In this document: positions 41,495 through 49,748 of the stretch, in pieces
How the letters are laid out: every line of letters begins with the position of its first letter
How positions within the stretch are numbered: position 1 is the stretch's first letter
NCBI GenBank assembly: GCA_963812015.1
Contig: CAWETI010000002.1
Location: 1,568,001-1,632,000, forward strand
Direction of reading: 5' to 3'
Source: an uncultured delta proteobacterium
Lineage (GTDB): Bacteria > Desulfobacterota > Desulfobaccia > Desulfobaccales > 0-14-0-80-60-11
DNA length: 64,000 nucleotides
Notes under the pieces: generated by a model
Database searches by the model: none
Told to the model about the DNA's origin: nothing
The model's input: the letters and a program-made list of their open reading frames with translations, nothing else
Made by a program: the position numbers and the translations under genes

Positions 41495-41583
41495 CAGCTT
41501 AAGTGTCCTTTACATAGCCTTAACCTAATCTAAAATAGGGGTGAATCAGATGATTCATCCCTTTTTTCTTCATGGGGGCCATT

Positions 41584-41784
41584 ATGTTGACCAAACTAAG
41601 AATGCAGCGCCTGAAAGCAGGACTGCGGCAAGTGGATTTGGCAGAAAGGACTAAGTTGCCCCAGCATCGCATTAGTCTAATCGAGCGTGGCGTCATACCC
41701 CTTAATGATGAAGCCCGTGCTTTGGCGGGTGTCCTCGAACTGTCAGTAGATGAGCTTTTTCCAAATAGGCGGGACGGCTCTTAA
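41584..41784 (+). CDS. Xre/Cro-family HTH regulator
   Basis: LR..R...GLRQ.DLA......ISLIERG..P.....LA.VL..SVDELF. Confidence 0.88.
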   Translation: MLTKLRMQRLKAGLRQVDLAERTKLPQHRISLIERGVIPLNDEARALAGVLELSVDELFPNRRDGS

Positions 41785-41915
41785 ACATCCAGGAGAATGA
41801 TTCCTGGGACTCGATGGCTCTTATTCCACAGTCGATTCGATAAGACCAACTGGCGAAAGTCCTGGGGATTGACAAATGGCAAGACTTTCTCGGGCGGGAT
41901 ACCGGAGCAAAATAG

Positions 41916-42164
41916 TTGAAGAACCGAACCATTAGCCCTGAGTTCTTTACACTCCCGCAGCTTTGCCTCTACTCCGGCCTGGGGCAACGTTTTCTACGGG
42001 ATGCCATTAATTCAAGGGAGCAACCTCTACCTCATTTCAGGCTGAATCATAAAACCATCCTCGTCTCAAAAAACGAATTTGGTGAATGGCTAAAAAACTT
42101 CAGGACAGAGAATGACGACCTTGAACGAATCGTCGATCAAACTATATCGGGGATGCGGAAGTAA
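41916..42164 (+). CDS. Excisionase/AlpA-like winged-helix protein
   Basis: FFTLPQL..YSGLG..FLR......PLPHFRL..KTILV...EF.EWL. Confidence 0.75.
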   Translation: MKNRTISPEFFTLPQLCLYSGLGQRFLRDAINSREQPLPHFRLNHKTILVSKNEFGEWLKNFRTENDDLERIVDQTISGMRK

Positions 42165-42469
42165 CCCGCTGGCAGGCATAAAGGGGGTAACCCCGCGGCA
42201 CCAGGGGGAGGCCTTGCCCGGGCTACGATTCATGAATTGAAAGTTTCCGGGGATAGGGACGGCTGATACCTGGTCCCGAACAGCGCTTTTTCTAGAGCGA
42301 TTTCCCCGGACCCCTTTCAGGACCAAGCGTCAGGAGGCAAAACCACGGTGCCAAAATCCTTTGTGTCCCCCTCAGGCTCTAAGGAATTGGCATTGATCCT
42401 GAGGGACGGGAGGCCTTGTGAAAACAAATCCCCTGGTGGACGGCCAAGGGAGGCGGCAGGGGGAGGCGC

Positions 42470-43465
42470 ATGGGAAGACCTTGGGGCAGGCTTTATAGCG
42501 GCATGCGAAATCATCGCAAGATCGTGGCCCTATCGCGACGGCACCCTACCCATTGGCGCGTGGTCTACACCCTTCTTGAAATGAGCTTCGAGACCTGGGA
42601 TGGAGGTAGGATTCTGGCGGCGCCCGGCATTCCTTACACTCTTGCGGAACTGGCCGAGGAAGTCAGACTTTCCCCCAAAAAGCTCCTACCGATTTTAAAA
42701 ACGATGGATGAACTCTCCCTAGTGAAACTGGAAACGGAATGTGCCAATTCTGATCTTAAAAACGCGAAAAAAATGACAATTTTTCTTCATTTTGAAAGTT
42801 GGAATAGAAGGCAATTTGAATCGGATTTGAGTACGAATCGCACCCAAAAACACAGGGCGAAATCAAAAGAATCAGATACTTACAGCAGCATGGGAACGGC
42901 TGGGGAACGGCCACCGGAACGGCAAAGGAACGGTCACGGGAACGGACCAGAGACAGAGACAGAGACAGAGACAGAGACAGAGACAGATATTAACCCCCCT
43001 ACCCCCTTACCAGGGGGTGGCGGGAAGGCTCCTCCTGCGGAAGGCGAAAAGCCAAGGCGGCAGACCAAACGCCAGAAGGCCTTGGCCAATCCATACTCGC
43101 CAGACTTCGAGCGGTTCTATAAGGCCTACCCCAACAAGAAGGGTGGTAAGGACGAGGCCTGGAGACTCTGGCAGGAGCGGGCCGAGGTCGGCAAATTGCC
43201 TTCCATCGACGATATCATGGCCTCCATCGAAGCGCTTATTCCGGGATGGGCCCAGGACAGTAATAAATTCGCCCCTATGATCACCACCTTCATTAATCAG
43301 GGCCGCTGGACTGATGCGGATGCCCTGATTTCCAGGGATGACCCGCAAAACAAGACCGATCCGAACTGCCCTGACTGCCATGGCAGGGGCCTAGTAGAAG
43401 CGGTAGATGACGACGGTGATACAGGCCAGAGAACCTGCCGTTGCAGAGGAGAAAAGCATGACTAA
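42470..43465 (+). CDS. Phage-type replication initiator with C-terminal zinc finger
   Basis: Replisome-organiser-like N-terminus, (ET)6 linker, FERFYKAYP.K..K.EA...W, TTFINQGRW, CPDC..CRC; overlaps dnaB. Confidence 0.8.
   Translation: MGRPWGRLYSGMRNHRKIVALSRRHPTHWRVVYTLLEMSFETWDGGRILAAPGIPYTLAELAEEVRLSPKKLLPILKTMDELSLVKLETECANSDLKNAKKMTIFLHFESWNRRQFESDLSTNRTQKHRAKSKESDTYSSMGTAGERPPERQRNGHGNGPETETETETETETDINPPTPLPGGGGKAPPAEGEKPRRQTKRQKALANPYSPDFERFYKAYPNKKGGKDEAWRLWQERAEVGKLPSIDDIMASIEALIPGWAQDSNKFAPMITTFINQGRWTDADALISRDDPQNKTDPNCPDCHGRGLVEAVDDDGDTGQRTCRCRGEKHD
42893..42985 (+). repeat. Five GGAACGG iteron-like repeats followed by (GAGACA)6
   Basis: GGAACGG at 42893, 42904, 42916, 42927, 42939; hexamer run 42950-42985. 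Confidence 0.85.
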
Positions 43466-44792
43466 ATCGCAAGCGGCGAATCCAGGATACCAGCCCCCGG
43501 CCAACCTGGAGGCGGAGCAATCCCTGTTGGGCGCCATCCTGGTGCGCCCATCTGCTTTAGATGAGGTCATCGGTCTGTTATATGAAGACGATTTTTACTC
43601 CACTGCCCACGCCCGGATCTACCATGCGATGGTGGATCTCTACGGCGCTAATTTCCCTGTGGACCTGGTGACGGTCTGCGCCTACCTGAAAGACCGCAAC
43701 CAACTGGAAGGCGTCGGTGGTCCGGTCTTTTTAGCCCAACTCTCTGAGCAGGTGGGGTTCGCCGTCAACGTCCCGTACTATGCGAAGCTGGTTCGGGAGA
43801 AGGCGGTCCTCCGTCGCCTACTGGAAGCCTCCCAGGAGATCGCCGGGGGCTGTTTGGCTCCCGTTGACGATGTGGCGGAGTTCGTGGACCGGGCCGGCGA
43901 GAAAATCTCCGAGGTCATGGATAAGCGCGGGGCCCAGGCTCATTCCCTGGCCGACCTCGTGCCGGTAGAGGAGGCCCGGATTGAAGCGCTCCACGACCGG
44001 AAAAATCAAATTATTGGGATTTCCACGGGATTTAAGGACATTGACCGGCTAACCGCAGGGCTCCAGGATTCAGACTTGATCATCCTGGCGGCCCGCCCCA
44101 GCATGGGCAAGACTGCCTTGGCCTTGATAATCGCCTTCAACGCTGCCCACCTTTCCAAGGCCCCGGTGGCATTCTTCTCCCTGGAAATGTCCAAGGAGCA
44201 ACTTGTCCGCCGTTTGATAGGGAGTGCGGGCAAGATCAATGCGGAGCGGTTGAGGACCGGTCGGATGGAGGCTGAGGAATGGGTTAGGTTCAACAAGACG
44301 AACCAAATGCTGATGACGGTTCCCATCTTTATTGACGATTCGCCCAACCCGTCACCGTTGGAAATCAGGTCCCGGGCCCGGCGTCTCAAGATGCGTTATG
44401 GTATTCGACTGGTGATCGTGGACTATTTACAACTCGTCAAGGACCCCGGGGCCAAGAGCCGGGAACAAGAAATTTCCGGAGTCTCCCGGGCCCTGAAAGC
44501 CCTGGCCAAAGAATTGAATATCCCGGTGATCGCCCTCTGTCAGTTGAATCGGGATGTTGAAAAGCGGGACAAGAAGCGGCCCTTACTGTCAGACCTGCGG
44601 GAATCAGGTGCCATTGAGCAAGACGCCGACTTGGTTTTTCTCATCTACCGGGATGATGTTTACCACGAAGACTCGCCCGACAAAGGGATCGCCGAAGTAC
44701 GGCTGGCGAAACAACGGAATGGGGCTACTGGGAGGATAACCCTGACCTATCTGGGGGAGTTTATGCGGTTCGAAAATCACATCGCATTATAA
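43458..44792 (+). CDS. dnaB: Replicative DNA helicase (island copy)
   Basis: PP.NLEAEQSLLG, AARPSMGKT, FSLEMS, VDYLQL, DLRESGAIEQDAD, KQRNG. Confidence 0.96.
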   Translation: MTKSQAANPGYQPPANLEAEQSLLGAILVRPSALDEVIGLLYEDDFYSTAHARIYHAMVDLYGANFPVDLVTVCAYLKDRNQLEGVGGPVFLAQLSEQVGFAVNVPYYAKLVREKAVLRRLLEASQEIAGGCLAPVDDVAEFVDRAGEKISEVMDKRGAQAHSLADLVPVEEARIEALHDRKNQIIGISTGFKDIDRLTAGLQDSDLIILAARPSMGKTALALIIAFNAAHLSKAPVAFFSLEMSKEQLVRRLIGSAGKINAERLRTGRMEAEEWVRFNKTNQMLMTVPIFIDDSPNPSPLEIRSRARRLKMRYGIRLVIVDYLQLVKDPGAKSREQEISGVSRALKALAKELNIPVIALCQLNRDVEKRDKKRPLLSDLRESGAIEQDADLVFLIYRDDVYHEDSPDKGIAEVRLAKQRNGATGRITLTYLGEFMRFENHIAL

Positions 44793-44868
44793 GGGCTGAA
44801 ACCCTCAATGCTTCCCTCGACCTTGCGGTTTGATGGGAGGTGCCTCAACGGGCAAAAGGAGCTGAATT

Positions 44869-45318
44869 ATGGGTATGGACGTAATGGGCAAGGCCCCCTG
44901 TAGCAAACGTGGCGAATATTTTCGCAGCAGCGTCTGGTGGTGGAGGCCATTGTGGACGTTCTGCGAACAAGCTGCTCCTGAGATCATCCCACAGGACAAT
45001 CTTGGCCATTTCAACGAAGGCTGGGGACTCGACGAAGCGGATGCGTGCGCTCTTGCTGACCGCCTACAAAGCCTCTTAGATAGGGGCGACGTCACCGGTG
45101 ATGATGTAATCCGTAAAGCCGAAATGCACTGCATAATGGGTGAACTATGTGACCAGTTCAACTTCACAGGGGAGCGCTGGCACCATGGGGATCATGCTTG
45201 CGCGAAATACGGCGTAGGAAGCCTGCGACCCCAGGAGACATGCTACCAATTCAGTGCAGAAGGCGTTCGCGCTTTCGCAGCGTTTCTCCGTGACTGTGGA
45301 GGTTTTGAAATTTACTGA
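44869..45318 (+). CDS. Phage-type hypothetical protein
   Basis: AAGGAG RBS; MGMDV.G..GEYFR.SVWWWRPLW..F..FL..CGGFEI. Confidence 0.75.
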   Translation: MGMDVMGKAPCSKRGEYFRSSVWWWRPLWTFCEQAAPEIIPQDNLGHFNEGWGLDEADACALADRLQSLLDRGDVTGDDVIRKAEMHCIMGELCDQFNFTGERWHHGDHACAKYGVGSLRPQETCYQFSAEGVRAFAAFLRDCGGFEIY

Positions 45319-45510
45319 TGCTACAAGGGAGGGGGAAAACAATGTCTGATGGTAATGTGTCTGACCTGTTCGAGAATTATACCCGGGAGGCAATAAAATT
45401 CCAGTTGGGAATGGGAGCCGAATATAGTCACTCTCAAAGTTGAAAATCAGGCGCACCTTTACCCGACAAGCCACCTTATTCGCGGCGTGGCGGCACTTTT
45501 ATAAGGAGCA

Positions 45511-45780
45511 ATGGTTATGAGCGAGAAGCCTATTTGCGAGATTCAAAAGAATGCACGGGAGTCTATTCAACTTCGCTTGGGAACCTTTAAGAAACATCGG
45601 TTTGTAGATATGCGGATTTTCATTAAAGAGGACGGCAAAGCCCCGGCCCCCACTCCAAAGGGCTTGGCGGTTTCTCCTGCCTTATGGCCCCAATTCAGGA
45701 GGGCTCTTGCCCAAGTGGAAGCGAAAATGATTGAAGGAGGCTGGCTGGATAAAGAGGACCTGGAGGTGCAGGATGAATAA
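45511..45780 (+). CDS. PC4/YdbC-family ssDNA-binding protein
   Basis: EIQKNARE.I..L..FK...FVD.R.F.......PT.KG. Confidence 0.85.
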   Translation: MVMSEKPICEIQKNARESIQLRLGTFKKHRFVDMRIFIKEDGKAPAPTPKGLAVSPALWPQFRRALAQVEAKMIEGGWLDKEDLEVQDE

Positions 45781-46450
45781 GACAGACATCGAGTGGACTG
45801 ATTTTACATGGAACCCAGTGACCGGTTGCCTGCATGGGTGCCCCTACTGCTACGCCAGGGGCACGGCCAGGAGATTCTACACGCGGGAGATCGGCTTCTC
45901 CCCTCATTTCTGGCCTGAACGGATAGACGAGCCGGGACGTCGGAGGAAGCCGGCTAAAATATTCGTGACCAGCATGGGTGATTTATTTGGTGATTGGGTT
46001 CCCGTCAACTGGTGGCGGGCGGTGTTTGATGTGGTGAGTCAATGTCCCTATCACACCTTTCAATTCCTCACCAAGAACCCCAGACGGCTTAAGGAGTTGA
46101 ACCCCTGGCCCGATAACTGCTGGGCAGAGGTCACAGCTACGGATCAGGAAATGTTTGATGTGGCGACCGGTCACCTTAAAGAGGTGGAAGTCGCAACCAG
46201 GTTCGTTTCGGCGGAGCCTCTCCTGGGTCCTATCAGGATGAAAGAAGCCCCCGGCCTTGACTGGCTCATCATTGGGGCTCAGACCGGCAGGAGGCCGATG
46301 CAACCCTTGAATGCCTGGGTAGATGATCTGGTGGCCGACGCCCAGTGCTGGGGGATAAAGATTTTCTGCAAAGGTAACCTGGAGGGCTATCACATCAGGG
46401 AATGGCCGGCTGGCTTTTTGACACAAAGACCTGATGGGCGGTGGAGGTAG
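45773..46450 (+). CDS. Phage Gp37/Gp68 (DUF5131) protein, radical-SAM-like
   Basis: IEWTD.TWNPVTGC..GCPYCYA, IFV.SMGDLF, FLTKNP, FVSAEPLLG, DWLIIG. Confidence 0.9.
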   Translation: MNKTDIEWTDFTWNPVTGCLHGCPYCYARGTARRFYTREIGFSPHFWPERIDEPGRRRKPAKIFVTSMGDLFGDWVPVNWWRAVFDVVSQCPYHTFQFLTKNPRRLKELNPWPDNCWAEVTATDQEMFDVATGHLKEVEVATRFVSAEPLLGPIRMKEAPGLDWLIIGAQTGRRPMQPLNAWVDDLVADAQCWGIKIFCKGNLEGYHIREWPAGFLTQRPDGRWR

Positions 46451-46603
46451 AAATTGGTGGTTTCTTATGCGGTATGGGGGGCAGAATAGAGCCTTGTGCT
46501 CAAAGCCCGGATCCGCCGGTTTCCAGGAAAAAGTATAAACCCTCCGGCTATTTCGAGCTACAGCAATGGGACATCACATTCAAGACCAACAAAGGAGATT
46601 ACA

Positions 46604-47002
46604 ATGGACGATTCAGGAAGATGCGAATGTTGTGGGCGACTTTCAAGTGAACTAACACCCTTCTGCAACGGCGCGTTGTTGGGCAAAACATACAGGGTAA
46701 TGGGCCCGGATAATGAAGAACGCGAGGCAATGTATGCATGTTTGGAAGAATTCCCCCATGGAGTCGTGACGGAAGAGGAGTTATGCGAAGCTATCGCTGG
46801 GCGCAATGAAAAATACGGGAAAGAAAAAGTCTGGCGGATGATTGAAGCTGTCCAAACGCCAAGGACGGTTGGCGTCAGTTGGGAGTGCAGCGATTGCATA
46901 AGATTGGATGGAGACGAGTATCGGAAAAGGCGACGGAAGGGATATGAGGCTTATTTATGGAGAAAAACAGAGGAGGGGATTGAAATCCCGACGTCTCCAT
47001 AA
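46604..47002 (+). CDS. Hypothetical Cys-rich protein
   Basis: AAGGAG RBS; CECC..C..CSDC. Confidence 0.65.
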   Translation: MDDSGRCECCGRLSSELTPFCNGALLGKTYRVMGPDNEEREAMYACLEEFPHGVVTEEELCEAIAGRNEKYGKEKVWRMIEAVQTPRTVGVSWECSDCIRLDGDEYRKRRRKGYEAYLWRKTEEGIEIPTSP

Positions 47003-47155
47003 AATTATCCCCGATTGGTTTTGAAGTGGCCGGGGGTCTGGGGGTAGCGCCAACTTACCCTGCCCTTGGAGACGTCAAACACGATCTCTTCTTACCCAAA
47101 CGTTCGGCCTCAGGGGGCCCCCCGTGGCCTAAGCATATCTATGAAAGTTGAAGAA

Positions 47156-47224
47156 CTCTGGCCCGGTGTATAAGCGGCCATGGTTAAAGGTGGCTGGTTG
47201 GACCGGAGGACCTGCAGGCCCAGG
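47156..47224 (+). pseudogene. Degenerate copy of the 3' end of the PC4 gene
   Basis: Aligns with 45704-45772 (MVKGGWLD versus MIEGGWLD). Confidence 0.65.
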
Positions 47225-47242
47225 GGGATTGGAGTCGAGTTT

Positions 47243-47539
47243 ATGGGTAATACGAGATTATCTCCGCGAGCGATGAAATTTTTAGAACTCTATTTTGGTG
47301 GCGCTTTAATGAAGGACGCCGCCCGTGCCGCGGGTTATAAGGGGGCAAGCAACCAGGCACTTTGCAACAGCGCGAGGAGAATCCTGAGCAAATTCAGCAA
47401 GACCCCCTGGGCCACTTTCCGCCGAGCTGAGGCACGCAAGAGGAAGATTGCCCAACTACTTACAGATTTTGATGGCAGATCCGAGCTTCAACAATTAAAA
47501 GCACTGAAGATCTTGTCGAGGTGCATAAGAGGAGGTTAA
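47243..47539 (+). CDS. Terminase small subunit-like HTH protein
   Basis: LSPR..KF..LY......AARAAGY......SARRIL pattern typical of TerS N-termini. Confidence 0.65.
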   Translation: MGNTRLSPRAMKFLELYFGGALMKDAARAAGYKGASNQALCNSARRILSKFSKTPWATFRRAEARKRKIAQLLTDFDGRSELQQLKALKILSRCIRGG

Positions 47540-47542
47540 CCC

Positions 47543-47845
47543 ATGGGCCGGGGACTATCACCTGTTCAGCGCCGGATTTTGGCCTTTGTTGGGCGGGAAA
47601 AGTTTGTCATGTGCCAAGACCTTTTAACGCTGTGGGAAGTCCAACCTGGCGCTGGTGATGATAAAGCCAAGTACGCCGCGGCTCATGCCGCCTTGTCTCG
47701 GGCCTTAACCCGTTTGTTTTGGAGGGGGCTGATCAAATATTGGGTAAATAAATTTAGCCGTTATCGAACGGCAGTCACCTTGACCGATAAGGGGAAGGGG
47801 CTGGCCCAGGCCATTTTCACGGAAGATCAAAAGGCGCAGTATTAA
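47543..47845 (+). CDS. Winged-helix (MarR-like) DNA-binding protein
   Basis: GGAGG RBS; LS..QRRIL, LSRALTRL..RGLI, LTDKG. Confidence 0.7.
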   Translation: MGRGLSPVQRRILAFVGREKFVMCQDLLTLWEVQPGAGDDKAKYAAAHAALSRALTRLFWRGLIKYWVNKFSRYRTAVTLTDKGKGLAQAIFTEDQKAQY

Positions 47846-48367
47846 GGGTTAAGAGGGCTTGAATTGCCAGAAATGTTCATAGAATAATTCCGACTGGAAA
47901 CATAATAACCATATTTATTTAATATTAAAAGTAAGTTAAGCGCTTTCAGCAAAGAAACCTTGAGAATTTTTTTGGCAATCTTCCACGTGCCATTCATCCT
48001 TTTCCCGCATTTTCCCACATCCCCACTCCTATGCATGAATTTCCTGAAAGGTATTGTTATTTAAGGATATAATCCATGATCCGATACATTCTTGTCTGCG
48101 TCTGCATATGAGTTTTAGGTTAATCAATTCTGGTCATTTCACCGTTTCCGGCAAGCGACCTCTCAAAAATCCTTCAGGCCATGCAATTTGTCGCCCTAAA
48201 CTCTCCAAAAAAGTCTTAACCATTTCTTCTTCATCGTGGCATAATGCCCATGGGTGAGGCCCGATGAATCCTTTGGAAACCTGCCCCAAGGAACTTACCG
48301 AGATCTGCGCCTCCGGAGCCGGTGGAAAAGGCTTGGGTCTGAAATCCCAAGAAGGTAGGAGTCAGGA

Positions 48368-49738
48368 ATGAGTTTGTTAAACGAGCATCAAAGGCAGAGA
48401 GCATTAGAAGTAATGCGGGAATTCCTATCGGCACCTGCCGGGGCAGACGGACAGACCCCGGTTCAGGCTGGAGATGCATGCGACCATGAACGGATTCGAC
48501 TTATTGAACAAGAAATAAATCCGCTCCTTTCCGGCTACCTTGAAGGGACAATTCCCTTGGCCGATTTCAAGTCTAAAGTGGACAGCATAAACAAGCGTAA
48601 TAGTGGCCTATGGGGTTTCAAGGGCATCAAGGGCCAGATGTTCTTCAACATGGTGGTCAATGTGACCGACAATCCCGGGGAATGCGATCAGGAACTCAAG
48701 GCGGCAATAGCAGTTCCGTCCAGCGACCAGATAGGCGCAAGTCGCTTGAAAACCTTTACCAGCTATGTAAAGCGCCTGGGAGAACAGTGGGTAGAGGCTG
48801 GCCACACCGGGCACGGCATGCCCAAAGTGGGGAGCATTCCGTTCTTTGTCTCATATTTCTGGCAGATTCAGGAACGGGAGACTTGGCCTGTTTATTACAC
48901 CAACAGCGTGCAGATGATGACCGACCTCAATCTCTGGCAACCTTCGGGCGAACTGGCCGAGGATTACATAAACTTCAAGCATCTCCACGAAGAGCTTGCC
49001 GATCTCTTTACGCGAGAGAGCGGCCAGAGATTCGACCTCTACCGGGTGGAACATGTCTTCTGGCACCGCGGCGGCAACCCGTATGCCGGTGGCCCCAGAC
49101 CACCAGTTGGCCCAACACCTCCACCAATTCCCCTGGTCGGCGTGGATGTCCTGCCCGAAAGCTACGTGCCGCCCATCATCGCCATCCTTCCTCGCGTGGC
49201 CTTGAATGAACCTACCATGATTGAAACAGCCCGAAATTCTGGAACTTCCCTGGAACGCGCCTTCGAGAAATACATCAATTCGGCTTTTACTATATTGGGC
49301 TACAAAGCAGAACTCCTTGGAATGGGGAGGGGGCGGGTGCCGGATGGCTTAGCTCTGGCCCACGATGAGAACTATGCTATTCTTTGGGACGCTAAGATTA
49401 GGGCAAACGGATACAGCATGGGAACCGACGACCGTACCATACGTGAGTATATTACTACCCAAAGCCGGGAATTGAAGCGTCGACGTTTCATGAGAAACAT
49501 CTATTACCTTATCATTTCCAGCGCCTTCACGGATGATTACGATGATGCCATCCGCTCCATCAAAATGGAGACCGACGTGAACGAAGTTATCCTCATGGAA
49601 GTCGACGCCCTGGTGGCTATGGTGGATGCAAAACTTAGAGCGCCTTTGGATGTAACTTTAGGTCCCGACGGCTTGCAGCGCCTGTATTCACAAAGCGGCA
49701 TCCTCACCTCCGACACGGTGCGGGAGCTTTTGATATAG
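48368..49738 (+). CDS. Putative restriction endonuclease with C-terminal FokI-type cleavage domain
   Basis: FE....AF..LGY....LG.....PDG.....YAILWDAK...GYS; Pro-rich linker to an unassigned N-terminal domain. Confidence 0.7.
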   Translation: MSLLNEHQRQRALEVMREFLSAPAGADGQTPVQAGDACDHERIRLIEQEINPLLSGYLEGTIPLADFKSKVDSINKRNSGLWGFKGIKGQMFFNMVVNVTDNPGECDQELKAAIAVPSSDQIGASRLKTFTSYVKRLGEQWVEAGHTGHGMPKVGSIPFFVSYFWQIQERETWPVYYTNSVQMMTDLNLWQPSGELAEDYINFKHLHEELADLFTRESGQRFDLYRVEHVFWHRGGNPYAGGPRPPVGPTPPPIPLVGVDVLPESYVPPIIAILPRVALNEPTMIETARNSGTSLERAFEKYINSAFTILGYKAELLGMGRGRVPDGLALAHDENYAILWDAKIRANGYSMGTDDRTIREYITTQSRELKRRRFMRNIYYLIISSAFTDDYDDAIRSIKMETDVNEVILMEVDALVAMVDAKLRAPLDVTLGPDGLQRLYSQSGILTSDTVRELLI

Positions 49739-49748
49739 AGGTAGCATC

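Noticed and set aside
41790..41915. Possible decayed second HTH gene (..DQLAKVLGIDKWQDF)
   Set aside because: Short, interrupted by a stop, and the similarity is too weak to support
42950..42985. (GAGACA)6 as a phase-variation switch
   Set aside because: A hexamer unit keeps the frame and only changes linker length
47846..48360. Small ORFs in the AT-rich gap before the FokI-like gene
   Set aside because: Fragmentary, with no RBS or motif support
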